A stretch of DNA of 64,000 nucleotides. Origin: an uncultured Candidatus Actinomarina sp. GTDB lineage: Bacteria; Actinomycetota; Acidimicrobiia; Actinomarinales; Actinomarinaceae. Position 1 is the stretch's first letter. Every line of letters begins with the position of its first letter. The stretch is from the NCBI GenBank assembly GCA_902595195.1, contig CACJPC010000001.1, positions 86,654 through 150,653 of the forward strand. Direction: 5' to 3'. Positions 53,131-61,943 of this stretch are shown one piece after another. The notes beneath the pieces were generated by a model, which saw nothing but the letters and a program-made list of their open reading frames with translations, searched no databases and was not told the DNA's origin. A program made the position numbers and the translations under genes.

Positions 53131-54311
53131 AAAAAAACAGGCTTAAGATTAAAGATTTATTTTTTGTTGCGCTTTATGGAGTCAGAGCAAGAAAAGGGAG
53201 AGCAACACTCACCTCAATTGGGATAGGTATTGGTATTGCAGCAATAGTAGCTGTATCTGGAATTTCAGCATCGGGAAGGGCAGATCTTCTATCAACTCTG
53301 GAATCCCTTGGAACAAATCTAGTAAAAGCATCACCACAAGCCGGTTTTTTTGGAACTCAGGAAGAACTTCCCAAGGGCGTTTTGGGTATGGTTGAAAGAA
53401 TTGGGCCTGTTCAAGAGGTTACAGCTACTACACAGACGGATCTTTTAGTTAGAAGAAGCAATTTTATTTCTGAATTTGAAGGCGGAGGTATATCAACAAT
53501 AATTACTAGTGCTGAACTTTTAGACGTTATTGGTGGTGACTTAGCTGATGGAAGGTTTATTCAAGATGGATTGTCCGATATTCCAGTAACTGTTTTGGGA
53601 AGTGTGACAGCTCAAAGGTTGGGCATTAATAATTTATCTAAACCAACAAAAATACTTATTGAGAATGAGTGGTTTGGTGTGGTGGGCATTTTGGAAGAAC
53701 TAAAAATTCACCCTGACCTAGACAGGTCTGTGTTTATTGGATACGGTGTTGCAAAAACTCTTTTTGATATTAACGAAGAACCTACAACTATATACCTGAG
53801 AGCTAATCCAACTTTTATTGAGGATGTGGTTGAAGTACTTGCTCCATCAATGAATCCTGAAAATCCAGACCAAGTTGAAGTGACTCGTCCATCAGATGCA
53901 CTTGAAGCACAACAAGCAGCTGAAGAAGCTTTCACCAATTTATTGCTGGGACTAGGATCTGTGGCTTTACTTGTTGGAGGTGTCGCGATAGCAAACGTTA
54001 TGGTTATGTCTGTCCTAGAGAGAAGAATGGAAATTGGTGTTAGAAGATCTATCGGTGCAACTAGAAGAGAAATTAGATACCAGTTTTTACTGGAAAGTAT
54101 TGTTTTGTCAGGAATAGGAGGTTTAGTTGGAGTACTTCTCGGAACAGCTATAACCCTGGGTTATACTAATTACACAAATATTGTATTCTCAATACCTGTA
54201 TGGCAAATATTTGGAGCAGTACTCTTAGCATTATTAATCGGAGCTATTTCTGGTGTATATCCAGCTATAAAAGCATCAAAAATTCAACCAGCAGAGGCAG
54301 TTCGAAAGTAA
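53127..54311 (+). CDS. ABC transporter permease, FtsX/MacB type (4 TM with extracytoplasmic domain)
   Basis: The layout is TM1, a roughly 230-aa extracytoplasmic domain, then three TM helices. It ends with the canonical IQPAEAVRK. Confidence 0.85.
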   Translation: MKKNRLKIKDLFFVALYGVRARKGRATLTSIGIGIGIAAIVAVSGISASGRADLLSTLESLGTNLVKASPQAGFFGTQEELPKGVLGMVERIGPVQEVTATTQTDLLVRRSNFISEFEGGGISTIITSAELLDVIGGDLADGRFIQDGLSDIPVTVLGSVTAQRLGINNLSKPTKILIENEWFGVVGILEELKIHPDLDRSVFIGYGVAKTLFDINEEPTTIYLRANPTFIEDVVEVLAPSMNPENPDQVEVTRPSDALEAQQAAEEAFTNLLLGLGSVALLVGGVAIANVMVMSVLERRMEIGVRRSIGATRREIRYQFLLESIVLSGIGGLVGVLLGTAITLGYTNYTNIVFSIPVWQIFGAVLLALLIGAISGVYPAIKASKIQPAEAVRK

Positions 54312-54829
54312 AAATCCTTGCCTTTGTTGCGGTGTTTGCTGCATGCACCATTGGTGGAGAAGAGTCTCAGGGAGTAGTAACCATTGAATCTACTACTGCC
54401 ACAACAGTTGTTGATGAGGAAACAACTTTTGAAGAGGGTGTCCTCGAGTTTGCTCAATGCATGCGAGAAGAAGGTATTAATTTTCCTGACCCAACATTTG
54501 ATATAGATGGAAATCCACAGTTCGATAATTTAGAAATTGAAAATGAAGAAGAGTTTGAGACTGCTTTTGAAAACTGTGAAGATATTTTGAGAAATGCTCT
54601 CCCAGAGCAATTTGATTTAGACCCAGAAGTTGAAGCGGCTTTAGTTGATGCTTCTCTAGAATTTTCGCAATGCATGAGAGACCAAGGGATTGATTTTCCT
54701 GACCCTAAACCTGGAGAGTTTGGGTTCTTTGCTTTCAGAGATGCTGATATAGACTTTAGTTCAGAAGCAGTACAAGAGGCTTTTGAAATCTGTCAGCCAG
54801 AAAATCCGTTAGAAAACTTAGACGACTAA
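54200..54829 (+). CDS. Cys-motif lipoprotein, paralog D (start codon unresolved)
   Basis: The signal-peptide-like KVKILAFVAVFAAC starts right at the permease stop. The two units are FAQCMREEGINFPDP...ENC and FSQCMRDQGIDFPDP...EIC. The only canonical in-frame starts are ATG 54200 (112-nt overlap) and GTG 54332 (too late for the signal peptide). Confidence 0.65.
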   Translation: MANIWSSTLSIINRSYFWCISSYKSIKNSTSRGSSKVKILAFVAVFAACTIGGEESQGVVTIESTTATTVVDEETTFEEGVLEFAQCMREEGINFPDPTFDIDGNPQFDNLEIENEEEFETAFENCEDILRNALPEQFDLDPEVEAALVDASLEFSQCMRDQGIDFPDPKPGEFGFFAFRDADIDFSSEAVQEAFEICQPENPLENLDD

Positions 54830-54848
54830 TATTTGATACAATCGTTAT

Positions 54849-55250
54849 ATGAAGATATATATAACAAATGTATTTGTAGATGATCAAGAAAAAGCACTTA
54901 ATTTTTATACAAATATTCTCGGTTTTGAACTTAAAAACGATGTCCCATTAGGTGAAAATAGATAGTTAACAGTAACAAGCAAAAATAATCCTGATGGTGT
55001 TGAGTTGTTATTAGAACCAAGTGGACATAGGGCAGTTGGTCCATACAAACAAGCCCTGGTTGAAGACAATATTCCTGCGGCTTCATTTAAAGTTGATAAT
55101 TTACATACAGAACACGAAAGGCTAGCAGCATTAGGTGTAAATTTTACACAAGAACCTATGGAGTTTGGAAATGTAAAAATGGCTACTTTGGATGATACTT
55201 GTGGTAATTTAATTCAAATTTTAGAAATGATTCCTGAAGCAAAGACATAA
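54849..55250 (+). pseudogene. VOC/glyoxalase-family gene interrupted by an in-frame TAG
   Basis: ATG 54849 gives MKIYITNVFVDDQEKALNFYTNILGFELKNDVPLGENR-TAG(54963-65)-LTVTSKNNPDGVELLLEPSGH... The reading continues in the same frame as track ORF 55005..55250. The stop sits where family members usually have Trp (R-W-L-T-V). Confidence 0.65.
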
Positions 55251-55257
55251 ATTAATA

Positions 55258-55410
55258 ATGTTTTATGACGAAGGTAGTGGTTGGGAAATTATCATTGCTG
55301 CTGTCCTAACGGTAGGTGCACTAATTTTCCAAATATGGGCTAAATATGATAAATGGAAGAATCCTGAAAACTACGAATTCGATTGGAAAGCAGCATTAGA
55401 AGAGGAATAG
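55258..55410 (+). CDS. possible 50-aa single-helix membrane peptide
   Basis: Manual translation gives MFYDEGSGWEIIIAAVLTVGALIFQIWAKYDKWKNPENYEFDWKAALEEE. It starts 8 nt after the VOC stop and is followed by a terminator. No family was recognised. Confidence 0.3.
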   Translation: MFYDEGSGWEIIIAAVLTVGALIFQIWAKYDKWKNPENYEFDWKAALEEE

Positions 55411-55483
55411 TAAAAAATAGTTATTAAATAATCTAGGTATCTAGTTATATTATTAGTAGGTAATAAGCCTGTTACCTCAGAAG

Positions 55484-55509
55484 AGACCTAGAGAAATCTA
55501 GGTCTTTTT
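55484..55509 (+). terminator. rho-independent terminator
   Basis: AGACCTAG-agaaat-CTAGGTCT followed by TTTTGTTT. It sits between convergent genes. Confidence 0.7.
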
Positions 55510-55530
55510 GTTTCACAAGGTAAGATATTT

Positions 55531-56022
55531 TTAAATTCCTGAATCAAAATATTCAGGCTGGCTTACACCAATTGTTCTCCAACAAGGCTTTTCATCACAT
55601 AGTGTTTTTTGGAATACCCATGTAATTACAAAGTAATTATTGTTTTGCGTCAATACTTTAACTTCGTAGTGAATATTTTCTTCAGATTCAAAAATAATTT
55701 CATAGGAATAATCCTTTAAGTCAATAATTGAATCATATGGTTCAGAGACAAGCATTGTGGCAAACCGCTCCTTTGGTCCCGTAGCTTCTTTATTGTCTTC
55801 ATGTGCATAATTCCAAATAGTATCTACTGCTTTTATTGGATCATCAGAAAATGCTTGATAGGCATTAAATATTTCTATCAAGATATCTTGTGAAGTTAAT
55901 GATTGTTCAACAAATATTTCAGTAGTGGTTGTTTGTGTATTTGATTCAGCTTCTATTGGTAAAACATCATTTGTTGATGTACATGAAGCGATTAGAAGGA
56001 AAAGAAGAAGTTTTTTAGCCAC
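55531..56022 (-). CDS. lipoprotein, unknown function
   Basis: GTG start and lipobox IASC. No recognisable domain. Confidence 0.65.
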   Translation of the reverse strand: MAKKLLLFLLIASCTSTNDVLPIEAESNTQTTTTEIFVEQSLTSQDILIEIFNAYQAFSDDPIKAVDTIWNYAHEDNKEATGPKERFATMLVSEPYDSIIDLKDYSYEIIFESEENIHYEVKVLTQNNNYFVITWVFQKTLCDEKPCWRTIGVSQPEYFDSGI

Positions 56023-56539
56023 CGATAAAAGTAGTTAACACGAGGTACACGTGCAATACAAACGCAACAAATAAGAACCCAAAGAATGATTTCTTTTCTA
56101 CTTTATTCACAATTAAATATTAGCAATCAAGTGTTTTTTAGATAAATTACTTGTTTGCTTGTTCGTAAGCTTGGCTATATAAAATTAAGGTTGGAGCCCA
56201 TAAGCCTACATATATTGCTAATTGAGAGTCATTTAAAACAATATAAATAAGCACAGAAGCTATTACCGACACCATGCTTGCGTATAATCCTAGTTTTACC
56301 ACACTATCCCTTTCAAGATTTAATTATACTACCGGTATTTGTTATGATTAATTATGCTAGAAACTCTGTCGTCAAGTCCCTTTACAGTTATATTGCTATT
56401 TCCCGTCGCAACCTTAACAATATTTGTAGTTGGTTTAATAAGAATAGATATTAGAGATCTAAGGGGAAAACAAACAGCTGGCCAAAAACTTGCTGCAGAA
56501 GAAGAGTAATTTGTCTTATTTAGTTGTTTAAATAAAATT

Positions 56540-57040
56540 GTGGATCGAGAAAATCTAGAGAGCTTAGACGAAGAGTCCTTATTCAGGATTCAAAACACCA
56601 TTTCAGAAATTATTAAAGAAAGAAATTTTAAAAAAGGAGACATAGAAGCAATTGTTGACAGCTCTTTTGATATAGCTTTTCCAAAAAATGACAGTTTAGG
56701 ATTGAATCCATGGGTAGAAGGATCAATCCTTATTTGTCCTGGTGCAAGAATTGACAAAACCCAAACTAAACATATATGTAAATTCGTAGTTGTTGAGGAA
56801 GACTGGTCTTGGGAGTCTGGTCACATGGTTAATGATGTTATTAGAAGAGATCAGTCTTCTAAGCGTTTTAAACAACATTCAATAACTTTAATATCTCCAT
56901 TCGAAGGTATGTCTGTACAGGTAATTTCACAAAAATCACAAAATGGAAAACATTTAGTTGATAATGTAGAGTCTTTTATCTTTACAAATGGTAGCTTAGA
57001 TAAAGTTATGACTAAATCTAGTAGATCCAGAGAACACTAG
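56540..57040 (+). CDS. hypothetical protein (166 aa)
   Basis: ORF track, GTG start. No motif recognised. Confidence 0.5.
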   Translation: MDRENLESLDEESLFRIQNTISEIIKERNFKKGDIEAIVDSSFDIAFPKNDSLGLNPWVEGSILICPGARIDKTQTKHICKFVVVEEDWSWESGHMVNDVIRRDQSSKRFKQHSITLISPFEGMSVQVISQKSQNGKHLVDNVESFIFTNGSLDKVMTKSSRSREH

Positions 57041-58614
57041 ACGAATAAAGATAAAGCTCTCCAACCAAATAAATAAATTAAAATTACAAAAACTAGAAAT
57101 AGCAGAACTACAGCAATTCTTTTAAATAATGAATTCTCTACTATTAGGCCTGCATCATCTGACTTGACCCTAGCTCGTAATAAAGTAACAAATCTTGCAA
57201 AAGGGAAATACTCGTTAGTTTTAAGATCAATAATAAGTGACTCTTTATTTTTAGAAAATGTATGGATTCCCCTGAATATTGAATTCTCAGAGGGCTTTAA
57301 TTCTCCAACTAAAGATTCTTTAAATTCATCAGGACTAAGCACCTCTATTTTATTAAACACCAAAGAGGTTCCGTAATCAGGGAAACAGTTTTGTGCAGGC
57401 CTAATTAGCGAATCCCCTTCTCTAAACATTGATCCACCACCACGAGAGTTGCTCAAGTTAATTTTTACAGGATTAAGATTGTGTGGAGTCCATTCATCAA
57501 GTGGATTTTTAGCATAAAATATATTTAGGTAAGAATGTCCTCCCATTCGTCCATCAGTTGCAAAAACATACCAAGCATTATTATGTTCTACAATAGTTGG
57601 ATCAACACCAGCAAAATCACTGACTACAGTGTTTACTTTTGTGAGAGAACCTTTATGAATTTTATAAATTTCAATTTTATTGCTTTGTGCACCCTCTGGT
57701 ATTAAATATGTTTCTCCTTCATATTCAAAAATACAAGGATAAGAGTAATGAATATTATTCGAAGTTTTTATATCCTCTATACTTTTATTTTCAAAGCTAT
57801 ATTTTGCTAGTTTTCCAGTCCCTAAAAAATAGTTAAATTTTTCAAAATATAGTGAGTTTTCATTTTCAGAATAAAAAGGATCTGCTTTGAAGCTCCAAGT
57901 ACGATCATCGAAAACCTTTTTAACCATAGATTCATCAATAAAGTTCTGTCCAAAAATATCTAAAATTTTTGGATATGTATAGATACTCCAAGAAGGGTAA
58001 TTGAAAATTAAAGAATAAAGTTTTTTAATTAATGAAGAAAGCCCAGAGCTTGAAACTGAAAGAGAGCTGTCCATCAATTTTTTATAATTTGTACTTATTG
58101 GTGTATTTCTATTTGTAATTAAAAACCTTAAAGACTCTAGGTGTTTTGAAGTAGATCTACTTTCACTAAACTTTGCCTCTTCAGTCCAAGAAACATTAAT
58201 GATTTTGTTTGTGCTTTTACTTCTTTGCGTTAAGTATGTAATAAATTTAAACTTATCGAAATCTCTTGCGTAATAAGATTTTTCAAATTTCTGATCACTA
58301 ATTTCGTTACTAAAGTAAAAAATATTATCGCTGTGTGTAAAATCTATAGGGATTTCAGACAACCAAATCAAACTACCTGAGTATTGAGAATTTTCTATTA
58401 TTGAAATTCTCTCAATCTCTTCAAACAGTTCAGAAATATTTATTTTGAATAAGTTTTTACAAAAAAACCGAACAGATGAAAAAGTAGGATAAAAATTTTT
58501 GTGATTTGTTATATATATTTTTTTTAGATTATTTTCTTTATACAGCTTGTCTATTAATTGATACTTCCAGTAACTAACTGTGTGTCCATCTATAACTACC
58601 GATGTTTTATTCAT
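57037..58614 (-). CDS. hypothetical protein with C-terminal TM helix; C-terminal half faintly resembles GH43-like beta-propeller domains of so-called formyl-transferase-like bacterial proteins
   Basis: ORF track, 525 aa. The relevant stretch is FKADPF...HYSYPCIFEYEGETYLIPEGAQ...VDPTIVEHNNAWYVFAT...FYAKNPLDEWTPHNLNPV...IRPAQNC...YG. The function call has low confidence. Confidence 0.6.
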   Translation of the reverse strand: MNKTSVVIDGHTVSYWKYQLIDKLYKENNLKKIYITNHKNFYPTFSSVRFFCKNLFKINISELFEEIERISIIENSQYSGSLIWLSEIPIDFTHSDNIFYFSNEISDQKFEKSYYARDFDKFKFITYLTQRSKSTNKIINVSWTEEAKFSESRSTSKHLESLRFLITNRNTPISTNYKKLMDSSLSVSSSGLSSLIKKLYSLIFNYPSWSIYTYPKILDIFGQNFIDESMVKKVFDDRTWSFKADPFYSENENSLYFEKFNYFLGTGKLAKYSFENKSIEDIKTSNNIHYSYPCIFEYEGETYLIPEGAQSNKIEIYKIHKGSLTKVNTVVSDFAGVDPTIVEHNNAWYVFATDGRMGGHSYLNIFYAKNPLDEWTPHNLNPVKINLSNSRGGGSMFREGDSLIRPAQNCFPDYGTSLVFNKIEVLSPDEFKESLVGELKPSENSIFRGIHTFSKNKESLIIDLKTNEYFPFARFVTLLRARVKSDDAGLIVENSLFKRIAVVLLFLVFVILIYLFGWRALSLFV

Positions 58615-58646
58615 TATGAACTAGTTTATTTAATTAAATGAACTAT

Positions 58647-60515
58647 TTAAACTAAATGTTTTTTATGCCACCTTATTATGTGATCGAACCTTTGTTTTCT
58701 ATGAACTGGTGTTCCAGACCTAGATAGCTCATGGCTTTCACCAGGAAACCTTAACATAGCTGCTTTTACACCTCTTTTTTTCAAATTTGAAAACAGTTGC
58801 TCTGCTTGCTCTATCGGACATCTGTAGTCTTCTTGAGAGTGAACGATTAAAGTTGGCGTTTTTATATTTGAAGCATATGTTATAGGACTCTTTTTTCTGT
58901 ATAGATTTATATTTTTTGACATGTCATCGAGCAAATACATTTCTGGAAAACCTATTCCAATGTCAGACGTTCCAACCATTGTTTCCCAATTGAGTAGAGC
59001 ACGTTCAACAATTGCAGATTTAAAAGCATTCGGATTATGACTAATTATCCAGGATGTCATAAATCCACCATACGAACCCCCCATTATTCCGTCTTTTTTA
59101 TTGTCTACTCCCATCACTTTTTTCATTTTTTTAAATGAAGTAAGAACATCATGCATATCATTTACACCCCATTTGTTGCCACAAACATCTCTTAAGAATT
59201 CATGACCTCTTCCTGCAGAACCCCTAGGATTACAAGCAATCACATTGAAGCCTGCAGAGGCGTAAGTTTGAAACTCATCAAAAAATGTAAATCCATATTG
59301 ACTTGCAGGCCCACCATGGATGTTTAAGATTGTTGGTTTATCTTTTCCAACGAATATTCCCCAAGTATCAATCTCTGATTTACCTGTGTCAATTCTTTCA
59401 TATACGCAATCCCTTGTTTTAATGTTTTTAACAAAAAAATCGTTGGCTTTCGATATTTTATTTAGTTCTCCATCGATCAACTCGTACACTTCGTCTGGAT
59501 TTGAGAATGAATTTGCTATAACATATGTACTTTCATCGCTTAATGCAAAGTCTTTGATTGTGATATTTTCATCAATTAAGTCAACTTTTTCAGTACCATT
59601 CCGTAGTAGTGTTTTTCCAGAGTCCTCGTATAGAAAATAGAGAATAGATTTGTGTACTTCTGCTTTAACTATATTTCTATCAAACAATCTATATTTAAAT
59701 GAAACTTTTCCTGACTGAGAGAATTTTAAAATTGTAGTATTGGTAGGCCATTCAAACCTATTCCTTAAGCCGACAGCATGAAGTTCGCCCTCATAGTAAA
59801 ACAAATTTCCCATCATGCCTTTTGTAAATATATCTACAATTTTTTTATTTTTTAAAGATCCAATTCTCTCCTCAAGCATTGTTCCTTTTGAATTGTGCTT
59901 GTCATAAGAGAAAGTAAGAACACCATTATTTTCTACTAAAGAATCAATTGAAATAATATTATGTTTATCACCGTTCACAACTTTTTCAGATTTACCAGTT
60001 TGAAGGTTAACTTTGTAGATATTACCTCTTTTGTTATAGATGATCCCTCTTGTATCAAATCTAAAAGGAAGATTCTCGTAGTACATAGGCTCTGAATCTT
60101 TTGATTCAATATTCTTAAATTCCTCACTCCACTCACTAGTAATCACATACAGAAACTTTTCATTATTACTCAGTAGATAGTTATTGACACTTCCTTCAAT
60201 TTCAAAAACTGAGCTGACAGACCTTCCTGACTGCATTTCAATCGTTGAAGATGCTTTTTTAGACTTACTTTTATCCTCAGCAGACCTATGTGTTTTTACA
60301 TAAAAAATGTCATTGGTTTTCTTTGCAAATTTTGGATTACTAAAGTTATTATTACCTGACTTAAATTTTCTCCAGTTCCCTTTGCTCATTCTCCAAAGTT
60401 CACTTACATATGTATTAGTTTCAAAATCCATACGAGTACTTTGCACAATTAGGTTTGAATCTTTAGCTACAAGATTTGATAGAGTGTTGAACGAATTCAA
60501 ATTTTCTGGTTTCAT
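58647..60515 (-). CDS. S9 family serine peptidase (prolyl oligopeptidase / acylaminoacyl-peptidase-like)
   Basis: An N-terminal propeller followed by an alpha/beta hydrolase domain with HGGPASQ, the nucleophile GGSYGGFM, SQEDYRCP and GESHEL. Confidence 0.85.
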   Translation of the reverse strand: MKPENLNSFNTLSNLVAKDSNLIVQSTRMDFETNTYVSELWRMSKGNWRKFKSGNNNFSNPKFAKKTNDIFYVKTHRSAEDKSKSKKASSTIEMQSGRSVSSVFEIEGSVNNYLLSNNEKFLYVITSEWSEEFKNIESKDSEPMYYENLPFRFDTRGIIYNKRGNIYKVNLQTGKSEKVVNGDKHNIISIDSLVENNGVLTFSYDKHNSKGTMLEERIGSLKNKKIVDIFTKGMMGNLFYYEGELHAVGLRNRFEWPTNTTILKFSQSGKVSFKYRLFDRNIVKAEVHKSILYFLYEDSGKTLLRNGTEKVDLIDENITIKDFALSDESTYVIANSFSNPDEVYELIDGELNKISKANDFFVKNIKTRDCVYERIDTGKSEIDTWGIFVGKDKPTILNIHGGPASQYGFTFFDEFQTYASAGFNVIACNPRGSAGRGHEFLRDVCGNKWGVNDMHDVLTSFKKMKKVMGVDNKKDGIMGGSYGGFMTSWIISHNPNAFKSAIVERALLNWETMVGTSDIGIGFPEMYLLDDMSKNINLYRKKSPITYASNIKTPTLIVHSQEDYRCPIEQAEQLFSNLKKRGVKAAMLRFPGESHELSRSGTPVHRKQRFDHIIRWHKKHLV

Positions 60516-60524
60516 CTTTTAATT

Positions 60525-61889
60525 CTATTTGGTAAATCTGTCTGCAACAAACGTAATTATGACTGATGATACTAAAGCGATAGCAAAAGTATTAAGATCA
60601 GCTAATCCGTAGAGATCTGTTGGAACAAATAAACCTCCAGGATTTTCTTCTAAATTAATAAACAAATATCTGTACACAAACACTGAAACAAGCGAACCGA
60701 CAAAAGGCAAAACAAGCAGAATATCTTTACTCGTTTTTCTAATTCTGTAAAAAGCCGGAAAAACAAGACTTGTTGCTAGAAGATCAGCAACTAAAAATAC
60801 AGTAAAAATATTAGTTACTCTTGTTGAAGCAAAAAGTGCCAAGATGATAACTAATAAAGTTATATTATTAGCTTCTCTACTTCCTTTTTTAATCAAGTCA
60901 ATTGATATGGTAGATGAGATAGCATTTTCCAATGTATCAACGCTTGATGTTACCAAGAGAGTTGCTAGGGAGATCAAAACCAAGACAGTCATAGAATTCA
61001 AACTCAATTGATTTATAAAGCTTAAAGTGGGAATCTCCAAACCTTTCCCAGCACCAACGGCACCCGCAATGCCCAATAGAAGAATTGTTATAAAAACCCC
61101 AAATCCTGAGTAGATACTAGCTTTTTTGATTGTCGTTTCATTCATAGCTGAGAAGGTTCGTTGCCAATAGCCAGTAGAAAATATTTCAGCTGCTGTAACT
61201 GCAATTATTACTGCAAGTGCTGATTTCAAGCTGTATGTTTCAAAAGTATTTAACCCACCAAGTATTGCAAAATCTGCAATTTCGCTGATGTTATTTTGAC
61301 TAAACCAAATACCAAACAAAAAGGTTAAAAGAAGTATTATTCCAATTCCTTGAATTTTATCGGTCAGATAAGAAGCTTTAAATCCTGACTTATTAAGATA
61401 CAAAAAAGTAGTAGTTGCAACTAACGCTGCAACCACAACACCTGAAACATCAGAGATTGCCTCAAATAAATAACTTATTGATGCGAACTCTGCTATCAAG
61501 AATGCACTCATGTAAATAACAGCTACTAAAGAAACAATTTTTTGTGCTACAGATCCATATTTTTTTTCAACAAACTGAGCCAAAGTAACCCCATTAGGAA
61601 GTAGTTTAGAAATTTTTGGGCCAAATATGTATATCAAAATAAAAGGAGTTGCAGCTGAGATTGCGTATCCATAAATATCATATCCAAGTCCATACCATGC
61701 AACTTCAGCTGGTGAAGTCAATATCCATAAACCCATGCCACTTGCGTAGAAACTCATAGTCAACCCAAAAGTTTTTTCTGTCTTATCAAGTACAAAGTAT
61801 TCGCTATCAACTGTCTTAATATTTCTAGTAATAAGAAATACCATTACAAGCAAGGATGCAATTACAACATAAGCTATATTTGTATTCAT
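60525..61889 (-). CDS. sodium:solute symporter (SSS) family transporter
   Basis: ORF track, about 12-13 TM helices with an SSS-like N-terminal pattern. Confidence 0.65.
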   Translation of the reverse strand: MNTNIAYVVIASLLVMVFLITRNIKTVDSEYFVLDKTEKTFGLTMSFYASGMGLWILTSPAEVAWYGLGYDIYGYAISAATPFILIYIFGPKISKLLPNGVTLAQFVEKKYGSVAQKIVSLVAVIYMSAFLIAEFASISYLFEAISDVSGVVVAALVATTTFLYLNKSGFKASYLTDKIQGIGIILLLTFLFGIWFSQNNISEIADFAILGGLNTFETYSLKSALAVIIAVTAAEIFSTGYWQRTFSAMNETTIKKASIYSGFGVFITILLLGIAGAVGAGKGLEIPTLSFINQLSLNSMTVLVLISLATLLVTSSVDTLENAISSTISIDLIKKGSREANNITLLVIILALFASTRVTNIFTVFLVADLLATSLVFPAFYRIRKTSKDILLVLPFVGSLVSVFVYRYLFINLEENPGGLFVPTDLYGLADLNTFAIALVSSVIITFVADRFTK

Positions 61890-61943
61890 AAATAACCACC
61901 TTCAATAGTTTGTAATGGGAATAAAAGTTATGATTTCCCTTCG

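Noticed and set aside
54963-54965. The in-frame TAG in the VOC gene, considered as recoding (pyrrolysine, or reassignment of TAG).
   Set aside because: TAG terminates bona fide genes in this window, including rpmH at 30801-30803. No pyl genes were seen. A TGG-to-TAG point change is the simpler explanation.
44013-55250. The atypical-GC locus, considered as a mobile genomic island.
   Set aside because: No integrase, transposase, flanking direct repeats or tRNA target were found. Horizontal origin remains possible, but a mobile-element call is not supported.
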